A DNA stretch of 42,298 bases, from positions 31,551,891-31,594,188 of the forward strand of contig NC_068987.1 in assembly GCF_001194135.2 (NCBI RefSeq), in the 5' to 3' direction. The stretch is from Octopus bimaculoides. Its lineage: Eukaryota. Positions 12,032-24,979 of this stretch are shown here, in pieces; within the stretch, counting starts at the first letter, position 1; each line of letters starts with the position of its first letter. The notes beneath the pieces are model-generated. The model worked only from the letters and a program-made list of their open reading frames with translations, was not told the DNA's origin and did not search any database. The position numbers were made by a program, and so were the translations under genes.

Positions 12032-12548
12032 GATTAATAAGCTCATTCAAACCTCTTCCTCTTCTCTCAAACACTCTTTAAATTGGAGCTTTGTTTCATG
12101 CACAGCAATGAGTTCTCAGCTGTTTAAAGTAACAGACTTGAGTGGGACTTGGAAGGCCATTGAGACAATATCATCCTTCAGACAAAACTAAACGATTCAA
12201 TCCTACCAACTGGTCGTTGGATGCATTCAGCAGGGTCAAATTCGTAATAGGCATTTGAATTAGGTAGGCGTCTCAGTATAATTTTCTCCTTTTGTTCTCA
12301 CGACTATTTCCACCACCATCAATACCGCAGGTCTTTCAAAATGTCTTTTTCTTGTTTTACTTAAGCTGCCACATAAGCGTGCTGACACATTGCAGGAGTA
12401 TTGATAGTTTTCTAAACATTAATGTCTTGTTTAAATATTGCTTCGAATGTCAGGGCGTAACGAAAAATGTTGGCGTAATGCTTACGTCATTTATAAAACA
12501 CTCGAACATGACGTGTGTGTGCGTGTATATGTGTGTGTATATATATAC

Positions 12549-12581
<33 letters not shown>

Positions 12582-12711
12582 AATATGTATATATATATAT
12601 ATATATAATATACATACATGNNNNNNNNNNNATATATATATATATATATATATATACAGATATATATATATATTTTATATCTATATATAAATAGATAGAT
12701 ATAGATATATG

Positions 12712-12743
<32 letters not shown>

Positions 12744-12829
12744 TATTATATATATGTATATATGCATATTTATATCTATGTATGTGTGTGTATGTGTAAG
12801 TATATACATGGGTGTGCGCACGCGTTTGT

Positions 12830-13043
12830 GGGGGATGCGTGGGTTAGTAGTTAGGGTGTTGGACACATGATCGTAAGATTGTGGTTTCGATTCCTTGACC
12901 GGGCGGCAGATTGTGTTCGTTTTCCCGTTGTTCCAGTCCTTTCACCTGGCAAAAATGAGTAGCCCTGTGACGGACCGGTGCCCTGTCCAGGTAGGGAATT
13001 TATACGTCATGGTAACCGGGGAAACCGGCCCTTATGAGTCGGT
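12830..13043 (+). mobile_element. tRNA-headed SINE family D
   Basis: B box GGTTTCGATTCC (12883-94); head resembles family B, body differs. Confidence 0.65.
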
Positions 13044-13440
13044 ATGCCAATGGCTATGTGGTGGAGAGAGACTCATGGGGTGAACAGAGCATCATTGTAT
13101 GGGGCGGGATTGCACTCAACCAGAATCTTGGACCGGTGGTCTTTCAAAGTATCGGCCAAAACCGGGGCAATGGAGTAACCGCTGCTCGGTACGTCTACCA
13201 AGTGTTGAAGACTCATATTGCGTCACACTTTGCCCGTCATCGGAGTCACGTGTTCCAACACGACATTTTACCAGGTTGACAACAGATTTCCACCAACAGC
13301 GCAACATCCAGACACTGCCAAGGCCTTCCTTAAGTCCGGAGTTAAACCCCACATAGCATCTGTGGGACGAAATCCAAAGAAGGCTAAGTGACATCCGTCC
13401 GAGGCTGACAACTGCGGCACAACTCACTGCAAGTTTTAAC
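13044..13440 (+). mobile_element. Tc1-type transposase C-terminal fragment
   Basis: VVERDSWGEQSIIVWGGI...YVYQVL...HVFQHD...PSLSPELNP...WDEIQRRL. Confidence 0.85.
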
Positions 13441-13445
13441 AGAGA

Positions 13446-14120
13446 GTTCTATGGGGTTCAAGTCCGGACATAGGGCAGGCCATAGTAGTCAGTGTCTGGA
13501 TGTTTTGCTGTTGGAGGAAGTATGTTGTCAATCTGGCAGTATGGGTACTATGGCGTAATATGAGGCCTCAACACTTGGTCGATGTAGCGAGCAGCTGTTA
13601 TTCCATTGCCGATATTTTAGCCGCTATTTTGGAAGACCGCCGGTCCGAGTTTCTGATTGAGTGCAATCCCGCCCCATACCATGATGCTCTGTTCTTTTCA
13701 CGAGTCTCGCTCCACCACATAGCCACTGGCATGGCGTTCACCCCTTCTCCTCCAAACCCTAGCTCTGCCATATGCCACAGAAATGCAATTTCGACTTTCG
13801 TCAGAGAATATTACAGTCCTCCACTGCTGATATCGCTAGTTCTGGCGTTTTTGAGCCCACTGCAGACGTGCCCGTCGATGACGATCTGAGAGGATGGGGC
13901 CCCTAGCCGGACGTCGACTAGACAGATTGAAAGATCTCAACCGGCGGCGAACTGTCACTGCACAAATGGATTTGTGGTGAGTCCCTATAGTCTGCCTAAC
14001 TGATTCCGTTACCGTCCGGAATCGGTACTGCAAGCGCTGTCTGTGCAGGGGGCGATCTTGTTAACGGGCTTGCGGCTTGGTAACTGCAGGCAAGTCGATG
14101 CTGCTGGACAGTGTTGCGGG
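13446..14120 (-). mobile_element. Second copy of the same Tc1 family, inverted
   Basis: TVRRRLRSFNLSSRRPARGPILSDRHRRARLQWA...VIFSDESR...IMVWGGI...PDLNPIE with stops. Confidence 0.88.
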
Positions 14121-15095
14121 ACGCTGTACCAACTGAGTGGTTGAACTGCACAGGTCTCTTCTGGTTTACTCTCAACCGCGAGGTAGATCGGAACGGGGAC
14201 GAAGCAACGAGCAGGGTGGCTAGTCTTGTTCAGAAATGGACCAAGAGGATACTATCCCTGCCGTGTACCAATCGGACAAATAGATCGGTAAATGTGTTCA
14301 AGCAATTTACAGAGTTTAGTGGAGGAAAAGATCGACGTCGTCTTTGAGGAAGCTCTGGGCGCCGGTATTCACTTCCAGGAATTATTATGAACAACTTACA
14401 AAATTCCTTTGCCTAGCAGTGCTATTGAGGGTCTCTCCCGGTTCAACAGAAACTTAGAGGCACAAAGCTTCTGTCTGAGACGCGTGCAGGGCGATCAAGC
14501 CGTTTTGCTCGCGTTCATTGGAGTTTTGTGAAACAGTTGCTGTCGCTTGTGGGACACATCCACCTAACAAGTGATTCCGCCATGATGACTGGCTCGCCGT
14601 TCTCTTACATATATGCGTGTAGGTGTATATGTGTAAGGATGTATCTAAGTATGTATATATATGTACGTGCGCGCACGCATGTATATGCATGTTTGTGTGT
14701 ATGCCTACATGTATGCATGCTACCTACATTTTTTGTTACTAATAAATAACAAAGTAATACTCAGTACATGTTTATTCAGCTGAGTCGGTAGACAGACAGA
14801 CTGAGAAGGAAATTATCGGGCCCAGCAAGCAGATTAAGTCATTGACAATAAAGTATATTTATCTTAAGTCAAACTTGCCTGACGTCACAATTACAAAACA
14901 ACATTCATTAGTCGCCAATCCTTCCGTTTACATTTCGTTCATTAATTAATCTTCGCGCGTGGGGTGAGTTGCAGCCTTTGGGACTGTCAAATCTATACGA
15001 ATTGTATAATTATTAGATGCTATATGTAAGGCAGACACTTGACTTTTCCTCATAACTTGTTATATACTACATTAAGTTTTCCGCAAGTTTTTCTC

Positions 15096-15102
15096 TGTGT
15101 GT

Positions 15103-15147
<45 letters not shown>

Positions 15148-15274
15148 CACGCGCACGAGCGTGTGTTTGTGCACAATTATGTAGGTACGCATGCAATTAC
15201 ATACCTACCTACATGTATGCACACACACATACAAACATATACATACATGCACACGATATATAACGTCATTTATA

Positions 15275-15343
<69 letters not shown>

Positions 15344-15447
15344 ATTTTTTTCCCAGAGGATGTAGCAACCGTTACCAATATAGCATAAGAACTTACCTTA
15401 GGAGATCATTAATTAGATTCCTTAAATTTAAAAGTTTAAAAACCTTA

Positions 15448-15530
<83 letters not shown>
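15096..15530. repeat. (GT)n/(TA)n microsatellite cluster
   Basis: direct reading. Confidence 0.9.
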
Positions 15531-15531
<1 letters not shown>

Positions 15532-17281
15532 CTGATAGGTGCGTCTATGTTATATTTAAAATATGACAAATAAATTATTTCCCTGAATCTGATTTCATTT
15601 ACAACGCTATTGAATTCTCTGCTAATCTCGTGAAACACACACACACACACACACACGAACAGATGTGTGCACACAGTCCTAACTGAATTTGGCCCACGGG
15701 CAAGTGTCATGAACTCTTGTAACCTAGTTATTCACATTCTTAATATGTGTGTGGTAATGTATGCATGGATGTATGTATGCATGTATGCACGTATTTATAC
15801 ATACATATGAACATATATGTTTGTATGTGTACGCGTATGTATATGCATATACGCAAATATGTATGTACATATATGTACTAATATTATCTTTATTATTATT
15901 TTAACCTTAAACTTCGTTCAAATTGTATTTAAAACGATGATAATTTATGTAAGCTGGTTTTTGTATATAATATGCATGTTAGCATATATTATAATGGATG
16001 TAGGGATGATTATGGAATGTTTATTATTTTGATATTTTTAATATTTTTCTATCTTTATAAAATAAGTATTTTATATAAATTCATTTCGTACTTATTGTTG
16101 ATTGATATATACATTTATTTATTATTATTATTGTTATATTTAGATCTGACGATTAGCTGTATTTTTGAATAGAATTTATTTTCGATAATTCTAATTGATT
16201 TTAATCGATTTAAATTTCCTTTCTATTTGAAAATTAGTTATGAAACACGTGTAGTCATTTTTTATTATCTTTATCTTATATTTACTTTGTATTATATTAT
16301 ACTCATTTATTGTGCTTTTAATTATTAATTTTTCTATATGTGACAGTGGATTTTCATCGATGAGTTCATGAACCTTGGTTCTTTTCCCTAAAACTATATA
16401 TTTATATATATTTTACTCTGTAAAGCTCAATTTAATTTTAATTTTTTATAAATTGATTTTAATTGAGTTTTTACCTGTAATTTTGGATTTTGTCCCTAAT
16501 ATTATTATAATTTTATATATATATANNNNNNNNNNNNNNNNNNNNNNNNNNNNNNNNNNNNNNNNNNNNNNNNNNNNNNNNNNNNNNNNNNNNNNNNNNN
16601 NNNNNNNNNNNNNNNNNNNNNNNNNNNNNNNNNNNNNNNNNNNNNNNNNNNNNNNNNNNNNNNNNNNNNNNNNNNNNNNNNNNNNNNNNNNNNNNNNNNN
16701 NNNNNNNNNNNNNNNNNNNNNNNNNNNNNNNNNNNNNNNNNNNNNNNNNNNNNNNNNNNNNNNNNNNNNNNNNNNNNNNNNNNNNNNNNNNNNNNNNNNN
16801 NNNNNNNNNNNNNNNNNNNNNNNNNNNNNNNNNNNNNNNNNNNNNNNNNNNNNNNNNNNNNNNNNNNNNNNNNNNNNNNNNNNNNNNNNNNNNNNNNNNN
16901 NNNNNNNNNNNNNNNNNNNNNNNNNNNNNNNNNNNNNNNNNNNNNNNNNNNNNNNNNNNNNNNNNNNNNNNNNNNNNNNNNNNNNNNNNNNNNNNNNNNN
17001 NNNNNNNNNNNNNNNNNNNNNNNNNNNNNNNNNNNNNNNNNNNNNNNNNNNNNNNNNNNNNNNNNNNNNNNNNNNNNNNNNNNNNNNNNNNNNNNNNNNN
17101 NNNNNNNNNNNNNNNNNNNNNNNNNNNNNNNNNNNNNTATATATATATACCTATTATTTTGAAGAAATTAATTCCCCCAAAATACTAGGTACTGAACCAG
17201 TATTTCCTTGGATGAAACCATCCCTTCATGAGATTAACACACCCTCTAATCGAAGTATATGTGTGTGTGTGTGTGTATGTA

Positions 17282-18211
17282 TACAGGGTATGACGGGTAA
17301 ATTGTCGGTGTTTTATATCTTTAATTTCGCGCATGCGCATTGTTTGCTTTTGATTTTGTCGGCTACACAGTATAGTAGGGGCCGTTGGGCACCGTCTGTG
17401 AGAAAACAGCAACATGCCGCAATTCACTCTGCCAAAAATTTGGGAACGACATGCTGTACTGCTTGGCATTCGCGCCGGAAGCTCCAATACGAACGTTTCA
17501 GAGTGTTTGGGTGTCAATCTGAGGACAGTGCAGAGGATTCGGAAAGAGTTGGATGAATCTAACAGTGATTACGAAGGTACGGCAGCTCGGAAAACTCACT
17601 CTGATCGTTCTGGTAAGAAAAGAACTTCTGAATTTGTTGGTGAGATCCAGGCCAGGTTGACAACGATCCCTCCAAGTGAATCAGGTCCATTGCCAGGGAC
17701 ATGTGAGTGTCTGAGTTTCTGATCAGGCAGACAGTGCATGAAGACATTTAGTATTCCGCATACAAGATGAGAAAGGATCAATTTTTATCCCAAGCCATCA
17801 AGGACAAGAGGAAAGACCGTACTGCAAAGCTTTTGAACAAACTCCAGCATCCCCCACCTCCAACTGAACATGCTTTGGTTTTTCTCAGACGAGAAAAATC
17901 TGTCAGTATCAGCTGATGAACACACAGAAGAACCGTTGGCTTGCCTTGTCCCCAAAAGCATGTACCGAGAGTGAGAAAAATCAAACATCCAGTCAACATT
18001 ATGGCGTTTGGAGTGATCGCTAGTGATGGCGACGTTATGCCTCCATTCATCTTCCCACGTGGTCTCACACACAACACAGAGGCCTACATCAAGTGCCTGG
18101 AGGAGGTAGAGCTGCCCTGGGTCAAGAGGGTGGCTGCTGGAACACCTTATGTCTGGCAACAAGATTCTGCACCATGCCGCACAAGCAGGAGGACCCAGTC
18201 GTGGCTGTTAG
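17282..18211 (+). pseudogene. maT-like (Tc1/mariner) transposase pseudogene, 3' truncated
   Basis: TA+CAGGGTATGACGGG left end; ATG at 17414; WFFSDEKN, IMAFGVIASDGDVMPPFIF, YVWQQDSAP; frameshifts; third Asp missing so the DD37D spacing cannot be confirmed. Confidence 0.82.
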
Positions 18212-18576
18212 AAGTAAATCTAAGCCATTTCAATTTAAGAAGGAATTTAATAAAAATGATTTTAAAAATTATATAAACAAAATATTACCCGTTTCAATGA
18301 ATCTCATCTTATCAAATATCAGTAAAAAATTTATAAAAGTTTGAAGTAAAAACAGTTTATCCTCTCTTTTTGACCCCAGACTGTTTTTACTTCAAATTTT
18401 TTATATATGCTTTTGACCCCCAGACAGAAGATAAACTGGTCAAATTTTTTTAAATTTTGACTGATATTTGATAAGATTAGATTCAGCATCGAAACCGGTA
18501 ATATTTTCTTTATATAATTTTTCAAATCGTTTTTGTTAAACTCCTTCTTAAATAAATAAATACCTTAGATTTACTT
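18212..18576. mobile_element. Foldback / long-inverted-repeat element
   Basis: About 135-bp imperfect inverted arms (18212-18345 / 18440-18576); inner perfect 17-bp hairpin (18340-56 / 18380-96). Confidence 0.8.
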
Positions 18577-18699
18577 GTGTGCTATTTCCACTTTCATCTT
18601 CTATATATAAAAATTTGATTTGTATAGAGCTCTTCGATAAAATAAAATAAAAAATTCTCATTTTTAATGAAAGCATACTTGTAACCTTTACAAAACATT

Positions 18700-19060
18700 A
18701 TATCAATTATTCTAAATAAACAACTCTTCTACAGTTTTCAGGTCTAGATTTTGTATACAATGTAGAGAAATCACACATACATTGTTTGAACTACAGTTAC
18801 CTGTTGGAGCTTATCAAACAACTTCTTACTGGATCTAATATACCAGAATTATTTCACATCCAGATGATTTAAAAAAAAAAAGAAAGCCCTCCTTTGCAGT
18901 CCCTCATAAAGGCCGACCCAATAACATTTAATAGACCATAAATTAAGACTGATAGCTATTTATAGGTACACTAGCTTCCGCAATAAACCTACACTTACAG
19001 AAGACCTTATGTAATTTTGGAATAAAAAAAAAATTAGAATAACATTGTGCCTCATTTGCA
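18700..19060 (-). mobile_element. Penelope-like reverse transcriptase fragment
   Basis: IPKLHKVFCKCRFIA and DFSTLYTK (18749-72) in PLE RT order; frameshifted. Confidence 0.75.
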
Positions 19061-19239
19061 CTGAAACCACTCGACTTTTCCACCCTGGTTAAACTACTCC
19101 TACTCCCAGTCACAGCTATATAAATACAAATATTTTCGAAGTCAAGATTACACACTAAGTAATCATTAAATAGTATTTCTCACAAATAATCGCGACATTC
19201 CCATTCCGACTTCCCAGTTGGTGTTATATCGTTTATTTT

Positions 19240-19978
19240 TTTACTTCTTTCAGACCGTGGTCATGCGGGGGCACCACCTTGAAGAGTTTTAGTGCAATGA
19301 ATCAACCGCAGTGTTTATTTTTTAAGTTTGGTATGTATTCTATCGGTCTATTTTGCTAAACTGCTAAGTTACGGAGACTTTAACAAATAAACACCGATTG
19401 TGAAACAAAGCTTGTGGACAAACGCAACACAGACACGAAAACACACCCATAGACATGTACACACACGCACATAATGTGTGTGTGCGTGCGTGCGTGCGTG
19501 CGTGCGTGTGTGTATGTGTGTGCAATGTATGTATGTATGTATGTATGTATGTATACGAGGTGGTGGGGCTGAAAAGTTCCTGGCTTTAAGGGTGTCACGA
19601 AAGGCCTGGTTGGAGGCCCAACCTTCTGAATTCTTATACGGGGCTTAGAAAAACTGAAGGATCACTGCAATAAGTATGTGAATTTGAGAGAGGAACATAT
19701 TGAATAAAATCATAATTAACTGACCCCCTTGTATTTTCTTTTGCTCAAAGTCACGAACTTTTCAGTACACCCTCGTGTGTGTGTGTGTGTGTGTGTGTGC
19801 GTGCACGCGGTATGCATGTATAAATCTATATGTTGGGCTTCTTTCAGTTTCTCCACCAAATCCACTTTTTGGTCAGCTCGGGGTTACAGTGAAGACAAAT
19901 GTCCAAGATGTCACGTAGTGAGACTGAATCCAGAACTATGTAATTGGAAAACAAATTTACCACACAGTCACGTCTGCG
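19240..19978 (-). mobile_element. SINE family C split by a MITE in its central microsatellite
   Basis: 3' half 19240-19440 and 5' half 19815-19978 both match family C. Confidence 0.75.
19554..19776 (+). mobile_element. Mariner-derived MITE (about 220 bp)
   Basis: Ends TACGAGG..CTGAAAAGTTCC and GAACTTTTCAGTACACCCTCGT; reverse homolog at 35126-35355. Confidence 0.8.
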
Positions 19979-20573
19979 ACTTTATTGTATTTTTCTTGTA
20001 AGATATCAATATGTTTCTTTATCTCCTACTTACTAAAAAACTATTTCTAATCATTTAATTCTTTCTAACGATAAACTAGTTGCTCGTTTTCTCTAATCTT
20101 CTTCCTAAACTTTGTGTTTAAGTCTTAACTATAAAATTTAAATTGACTTCAAGATTACTTCCGCTAATTTTTAACTAAGTCTAATACACCGGGCTTCCTG
20201 TATTTAATACCCTTTCTCGTTAGCCTTTTTAAAACCCTCGTTTAAGATAACATTCAAATCCACAAGTCCCCTTCGATGTAGCGAAATTCCGACTTGACGC
20301 AATCGCATGTAACAAGGCAAATCTCTACTGAAACCTTCCGAAGCAATGTCAGACAAACACTGCTTGTCATTGAGCAACCTATCACAAGTGGTTCGATCTA
20401 GTTTGAAGCTAATCCAAGTCTTTATTCTTAACATAAACTAGTTAAAGACGATCTCTTCTTATCGCTAAGTATCGTGCTAAAATAAACTCTATCAATGCTA
20501 ATGAAAGTTATTACCAAGAATTTAGCCTCCATTTTATGATTTTATTTCACATTTTTTTAGCGTCCTTAATCAA

Positions 20574-20763
20574 TCGCAGGTGTGGATGTGTGCTAAGAAG
20601 CTTGCTTCCCAACCACATCGTATCGGGTTCAACCCCACTGCGTGGCTCCTTGGCCGAATGTTTTCTACTATAGCTTCGGGCCGACCAAAGTCTTGTGAGT
20701 GGATTTGATAGATTGAAACTGAAAGAAGCCCATCGTATATATATGTATCTACATATATAAAAT

Positions 20764-20802
<39 letters not shown>

Positions 20803-21030
20803 TGTGTGTGTGTGAGTGTGTGTGTTTGTCCCCACCACCACCGCTTGACAGCCGGTGATGGTGTGTTTAGGCCCCCATAACTTAGCGGTTCGACAAAAAA
20901 GAACAATAGAATAAGTACCAGTCTTAACGAAAAATAAGTACCGCGGTCGATTCATTCGTTTAAAAGTTCTTCAGGGTGGTGCACCAGCATGGCCACTGTC
21001 TAATAACTGAAACAAGTAAAAGATAAAAGT
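20574..21030 (+). mobile_element. SINE family C, full length
   Basis: B-box-like GGGTTCAACCCC, CORE-like segment, (GT)n spacer, 3' GAAACAAGTAAAAGA tail. Confidence 0.88.
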
Positions 21031-22374
21031 AATCGATTATAAATATATATATGTGTGTGTGTGTGCGTGCGTGTATGTATGCATGTAATAGATAATGTGT
21101 CAAAAGACATGTATACAATAGATATACATATATATATACAATGAGTGCTCAGACCAAACCAACCTCCGACGTCAAGTGCAGAGATGCAGAACTCACAGGT
21201 TTAAGATCTATCTCTTGGAAATGTAGTTGTCGAGTTGATATAAGTATTATAGAAGAAAATATGAACAGACTGTCGCAATGCATCTTATAAATTTATAGCA
21301 TATGTATATAAAATATTGAAGAGAGTACAACCGGGAAATACCCGGAGGATAAAAATTCATAGATATCCGGCGTAGATGGATACACTCCAGGATGAGATAG
21401 AAGATAATTTTAGAGGTCCTTAGAGTTGATTTGGCTTCGATTGTTTAGTAAAATTCATGGAATCTCTGATGGGAAAACTCGTAAGTGATTGCAGTTAGTT
21501 CTATACTGTTGTTTTTGGAACAATTTCAAATTAGAAGCAGATCTGTGCTTTTTTTTCCTACAATACAGGACATAGTATGCAAGCTATCTCATCGTCAGAA
21601 GATGGCTTAATTGTTTTCTTATAGCAGTAGGAATGTAGGTTTTGAATCCTACTAGCGACCTACACTCTTTTGAAACAGATGTAGCAAAGATGGGCGCCTC
21701 TTGCAGCAGACGTTAACGCCCACTTAGTCACAAGCCTTCATTTCATTATGAAGTTTTTCATTGAGTGTTTTGCGTTTTTGGGCCACAGCTAATCACAGTA
21801 TGCAATGCATAATAGACATGTTAAATGTACCTGAAGCTTTTTAAAGTGAGGAATGGCATTGTACAGGGCCAACTCCACTCTCTAAACAACGTATGCAATT
21901 GCCCAAAGAGAAGAACTAGTCTGCATTATTAGATGTAAACGAAAATGCAAGTCTCTTAGAGAGATGTCTAAAAAAATACTAGAGTATCTCACTCCCAACT
22001 GTTAGATGGCCATTGACTCTACTGAGTTCATCTATCTTTTGACAGGTTTTGATTTTCATCCTGTACTAAGTCAAACAGAAATAACTCTGCTTACCAAGTG
22101 TGAATTTTCTTTCAGCTTTATTTTAGTTCTTTCTATGAGAGTTCAAACCAGTGGCTAACAAAACGACAAGACTTTTTGATTTACGAGAGTTTCTGGTGTT
22201 TTTAAATGTGTGGTTAAGTTGGTGTGTTGGTTGAACTGTCGATGCATACAGCTAAGTATGTGCCGGTTTAGTCGCTGACAGCCGGGCCATGTGACAGTTT
22301 GAATAAGGTTGCATTTAGCAGTAGCACTTAGAGTGCTCAGTCATATATGCATGAATATATACATGAATACACAA

Positions 22375-22444
22375 GCACATACATACATACATACATACAT
22401 ACATACATACATACATACATACATACATACATACATACACACAT
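22375..22444. repeat. (CATA)n microsatellite
   Basis: direct reading; similar arrays at 22733-22832 and (CCTA)n at 23094-23138. Confidence 0.95.
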
Positions 22445-23241
22445 AAAGCTGAAGAGAACACCTATGCTGAACTACTAAGAAATCTGCAGTTACTGTATCC
22501 AGGTTACAAGTTCAGGTTTATGCCTGTAATTATTGGGGCCCTGAGATATATAACACGCTGCCTAAACACCAATCTTGAGAAATTGGGCTTCTCGAAACCA
22601 GAAAGAAGCAAGCTAATTCAAAGACTACAGATCCAATACATCACTGGAACTGTAAAAATCTGTAAAACTTTCCAGAAGTTTATCATTTAAGTATATATGA
22701 GCATGTCTAGATAAGTAACTATGTGCATGAGAATACATACATACATACATACATACACACATACATACATGCATACATACATACATACATACATACATAC
22801 ATACATACATACATACATACATGCATACATGCATCTCATCATCAAATCACACCGTATATTCTTGTGTTTCTATAAATCTTGTTATGAACAAAAGAAAGAG
22901 GATATCTAACTTTTTGGGTCCACACGAAGGTCCTGATTATGTCCCATGGAAACCCTCCAAGACTTGTGAGATCATCTAACTGCACTGTGGTTGTATATAT
23001 ACATAAACCCTGAGTCTTCAACGTGTTAGGTACACACGTTAGCTTTATACACTACTGACTTAATGTTTCACGTATACATACGTAAATGCATACCTACCTA
23101 CTTACCTACCTACCTACCTACCTACCTACCTACCTACCTGACGGGTAATCATGGTGGGTATACTGAGTTTCGTATATTTTACCCCAGTATCACTTTGATG
23201 GCATGCACTGTTCTCTCACTCAGTAATAATAACAATAACAT

Positions 23242-23957
23242 TTGACAAAACGATAGACCATCTCGTCTCGGGATGTCCTGTGCTGACACCAAACAAATAT
23301 AAAAATCACCACGATATGGTAGAGCAGTACTTACACTGGAAAATATGTAAACACTACACAATCAGCACTCCTACTATCTGGTATGAACATCATCTTGAGC
23401 CAGTCGTTGAAAGTAAAAATGTCACTATCCCCCGGGATTTTCCAGTCAACACTGACAGGACGATCTAGGCTAATCAACCAGACATAATTATTAAAGACAG
23501 GGAAGAAAATACTTGTAGACTAATAAATGTAAGCATCCCACTGATAAAAATATATCTGTCAAGGAATTTGACAAACTAAGGAATTATAAGGACCTGGAAA
23601 CTGAAATACAAAAGATGTGACATCTTAGAACGAGAACTGTTCCTCTTATTGTAGGTGCCCTAGGTATGATAAAAAAAAAAGGGATGTTAAAAACATCTAG
23701 ATAAGATCCCAGGAGAACCATGCCTCAGAGAAATTAAAAAGATTGCACTGACAAGTACTGCCAGCATCCTTAGAAAAACCCTATCCATTTAAATGTCGAT
23801 GTTGTTTTACATGAAGATATTTCACTACCTCCTCTCCCCAAGCATTCAGTCATATTGTAACATCTCTTATCTTTCAGTCGCCCCAGGACGCTGGGTGTGT
23901 TCCGGCAAGTGACTGCAACAAAGATGCAGATTAAAAGTAATACTAATAATAATAAGT
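23242..23957 (+). mobile_element. R4/Dong-type non-LTR retrotransposon 3' end (Zn knuckle plus REL endonuclease)
   Basis: TIDHLVSGCP...HHD...YLHWKICKHY...ANQPDIIIKD...YKDLETEIQK...VGALG; stops and frameshifts; (TAA)n-like tail 23937-57. Confidence 0.88.
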
Positions 23958-24979
23958 AAAAGGAATTAATAAATCCAGGAAGATATTTATAAAATACTCA
24001 GTGTTAAACAAATTTTGTTAACTATATCCAGCAATCAGATACCAATAAATGAAAGTAATTCTTCGTGTGTGACATGTAAATCCAAATATAGCTTAGAAAA
24101 ATTTCAAGAAATTCGAAGTGTTAGGCAACAACAATAAGAATGGAGAAAAGCGCATGATGATTACACCATACATTAGTGACGATCGTTTCTACTGTGCCAA
24201 AATATTTAGATATAGAAAAAAGGTACAAAATACCGGTCAAATTAATATATCTGAAAATATATGCTAACACAACGTTATCATGACTTTCCAAAATGGGTTA
24301 CATTCACAGTGAACTAAGAAAATAGACAAACGTATTTTTAAAAAAATAGAAAAAGAAAAAATCATGAAGAAATATAATATTCTATGAAAAGCCAGTTTAT
24401 TAGTTAATTTTTATGATGTCAGTAGATAACAAAAGAATAAAAAATAAAGATGGGAATTTGTCGCGACAATTAAAAACAGGAATTCTGCGTCACAGCAATT
24501 AGTTACTTATCAGATGTGCTAAAACATTTTTTTTCTAATTATGCATATTAGATTGTATGAAAAGCACTTATAATTAATGAGTTATTTAGTATTGAAATAC
24601 CCAAATATTTTTTCTATATTTATGAGGACATTTCAATGTAAAATTACCTTTACAATCTAATAATACTAATTTAGAAGTAATATAATACAGTTTCTCAAGG
24701 CAAAGATCGCATTTAAAATTACCAATATTGTACAATCGTGCGCAACCAATAATGGACCACTTTAGATAATAGTTATTGCTTCTGTATTTTAAATCTCAAA
24801 TGCACTTAATAATTCATAGAATTACATTTTCTTCTATACTTAAATGAGAGAGAATTATTATGTAGCAGGAACGTTCTTCTCTTATGACCTTACATTGATA
24901 CACTATATTCTTAATTAAACACTGATTTTCTAAAGAACAGATAATTTTGTTTTTTGAAATCACAAAGGCATTTATTCAC

